Shown: positions 63,901 through 64,000 of the stretch, piece by piece | How positions within the stretch are numbered: the first letter of the stretch is position 1 | Layout of the letters: each line of letters begins with the position of its first letter | DNA from: Babesia bigemina | Taxonomy: Eukaryota | Length of the DNA stretch: 64,000 nucleotides | Direction: 5' to 3' | NCBI RefSeq assembly: GCF_000981445.1 | Contig: NC_027217.1 | Span: forward strand, 1,798,001-1,862,000 | Notes under the pieces: model-generated | Databases searched by the model: none | Seen by the model: the letters and a program-made list of their open reading frames with translations, nothing else | Told to the model about the DNA's origin: nothing | Made by a program: the position numbers and the translations under genes

Positions 63901-64000
63901 ACATCGACATGCGCGGGTCGTTGCAACGATTACGCGACGACGTTCCCTGGCGCCAAGTCTGCTAAGGATTGTTTCTGCCTTCCTGGACGTTTCATGACAT
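57910..64000 (+). CDS. Cysteine repeat modular protein (CRMP-like), 5' part; continues beyond the window
   Basis: ATG 57910 with signal peptide MLACKLIIFALFGRFAVA. The frame appears open to the window end, which would explain its absence from the ORF track. From ~61790 it has repeated GCC2/GCC3 (ephrin-receptor-like) modules, e.g. CKPCDVGTYW..CKPC..STKEAGSISTASCICKPGW, preceded by an Ig-like GLNLDARTGRIYGTP segment. Confidence 0.85.
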   Translation, partial: MLACKLIIFALFGRFAVAEYSTSWLAALGFLPGREVTLAPQRNADPYTDDKVSWCVMGMSCSLKEDVDKSYSKMSLIVSRSVAHPTNHPYYTAYIVKGKDPNAARSRVIALYNGPETTVSTDRDRTIKQNQISLRYTSQAYNGSHPLSGLANYGNEMLHIVFTRYTYSSKNYEQLAKFYLMKAPSDVSYQVDINGEVRVVMKDFAPGPLIFLGCNLSRVRFPQRFLLIMPTVSCGADRVAVGQIGPVYEMLPRADIFYLYMFIIPQRSEDMGGEIGRISLCNPHKVKRIEVEVEKESLTVSVYGINIEDYRATFAILSVTNIYGTQTACGATDAEWYHLDLKVTYRGIKKADYFFEFDVPLQYAGERVLLCGTLGRNTSNIATYTMPVRHLTLTKEPFIGSFSLINVDALGRASIASRRRMHPMSEMRLSKADDSVLARGISYEYDKLAELVLPFERTLAYDLGVMDKLGDTALSPSAILRRVQSYSSLPSNSARYLAFPPAISHRVGNKSYWSTKVHFFPKLLLSVDTVYKITACDRWRHPFCLSESDFDTDVGYLLPNPFVHSRFKAKWEDGTIVLFLSTSAYYPVVPHIILVKMNVGSIIDYDMLCNRSPSIPVQCIISGRMRDNKGGKQAPKNAVEMLFTHRYEVVGLEAGYNYALCYSFEGRRHMSHGDPTSAKILSNSRPPVHAQFTFLTTLNPYEIERNQRTTYRSKGDKDGPVFSTRGLLESIKVRAVYMSEDLKYDCSNIYSHLSKAPSQKRVHVELKPKTTESLFWLRTQKEAVAPKTVVPLPLGFWLKMDNKFWKYKSSRLNYNDVIEGTKSLYKVCVCYEDHCTSVGNMAYSQDRIFDITSISQASMLSRIVVGKKVCVYGGRDLRCYDNTGSLKSMLTTPIKFKSLKGVISCVLFRHSDNAMLVVKDYELLIYDADFKTRSVVSIPTGIDKIFSFPKITFVALVDGFVYFIKSDQALDIKTTAKELTEDAEEGITLAEMDHTAIPQDISPDGLSDDSVSLRPAFLSEGTLLDDTNGETPEQTESATFLKVSESTMVKLLGASGRILRLEIIPSEDEGSYRLFYIDESLMLHYSIGTLAEDAGVVRMDTKILYSVSITAFLDIPQDRYLTLKAFPARSAEVAATSVLVHSYGYPKVATFLVTGNKLEFYGHMSTTSKLVDFAVNKDRLVGLTLEISPKGEISQSLVEVKFSSIMKTTLNYTNIPPTLRLGVEYSFEPTTLPYRLLHYSTQHVDIFKQLGLNLDARTGRIYGTPQTYGNFTVKVKGEGLFSSTFVEQYLVVACSVGHMYDSSTKQCKPCDVGTYWEDDASHGSCKPCNEFMKNSSTKEAGSISTASCICKPGWFLKDRECHACPQGSTSAVYGSLTCPIVGYIGEDGRVISGAESLVVTCERGEYLKGDKCLPCEVGSYCHGGNAQPIRCSAGMTTEKPGAGAYTDCMCNAGYEWVGGRCIACSRTSYKEEIGNTRCTRCRTAASASGVLYTPHVGATSRRQCEYCNEGFYHDVNKVSCVPCPVDSYCAGSGTIPVFCPSNTVTNGTNASSRNDCLCAKGYGYGTATRFIMSYDNACTSCPINTFQHINGAGTQCLPCPRNTYTASIGAASLGECLPEPGYYSPYGRSVKGVISQLESIDFKTLGSSSFVKCSADVRFDAPFSITVMTRSLLSCVDLCRNNVYCRYVHYGERLGGMQHTEPQLVAYSSKVYHPCKLIMSYERFHVPDLSAHSFKVMDRKTHRYNVLCEIERPKLASIPNVFSVLKCPMNYYCPGGEKFSSFRCPENSMTLTTGAYHSGHCLCMPGFELSNSASISSCVPCKEGFYKESMSNAPCTACPAKMTTFGKGAVSATQCVCSVGFFAYPSSEKPQATLPALVPTSGLPMVRNASVLTDFVIATFNYFGSTNSTDALKNFECNACPEGYVCPGKWLPHMAFTIHHPPISCPYGSSVPYVSHNVNSVGKCMCKPGYGSGNAFGDGIVLSCRKCARGTFSETFNTSTCAGRCNDYATTFPGAKSAKDCFCLPGRFMT

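Overview
Eukaryotic, intron-rich (30-40 nt GT-AG introns) apicomplexan DNA. The 18S sequence and a ves-like gene point to Babesia, most consistent with B. bigemina or a close relative. Left arm (1.9-21.5 kb): housekeeping genes Dopey/DOP1, GCN5, Dre2/anamorsin, glycyl-tRNA synthetase with a bipartite leader, a DNL zinc-finger chaperone, an Mrc1/Claspin-like protein and MSH2. Then a gene-poor island (21.5-30.6 kb) with a 6-Cys-like pseudogene, a short ves-like gene and a predicted GPI-anchored antigen. One complete rDNA unit (18S-ITS1-5.8S-ITS2-28S) lies at 30649-~36410, followed by three repeat arrays. The main observation is a ~1 kb non-coding RNA cluster (37754-38758), invisible to the ORF track, on the same strand ~1.35 kb downstream of the 28S. 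It holds two tandem C/D-box snoRNAs whose three guides match the adjacent 18S, an unassigned ~130-nt hairpin, a compact RNase MRP RNA and a compact RNase P RNA. The right arm holds a helical-repeat protein, a leader-bearing RRM protein, tRNA isopentenyltransferase, a hypothetical protein, a RAP-domain protein, UTP20, TFIIIC tau95 and the 5' part of a cysteine-repeat modular protein that runs off the window. All calls come from reading motifs and base-pairing by eye; no searches were run.
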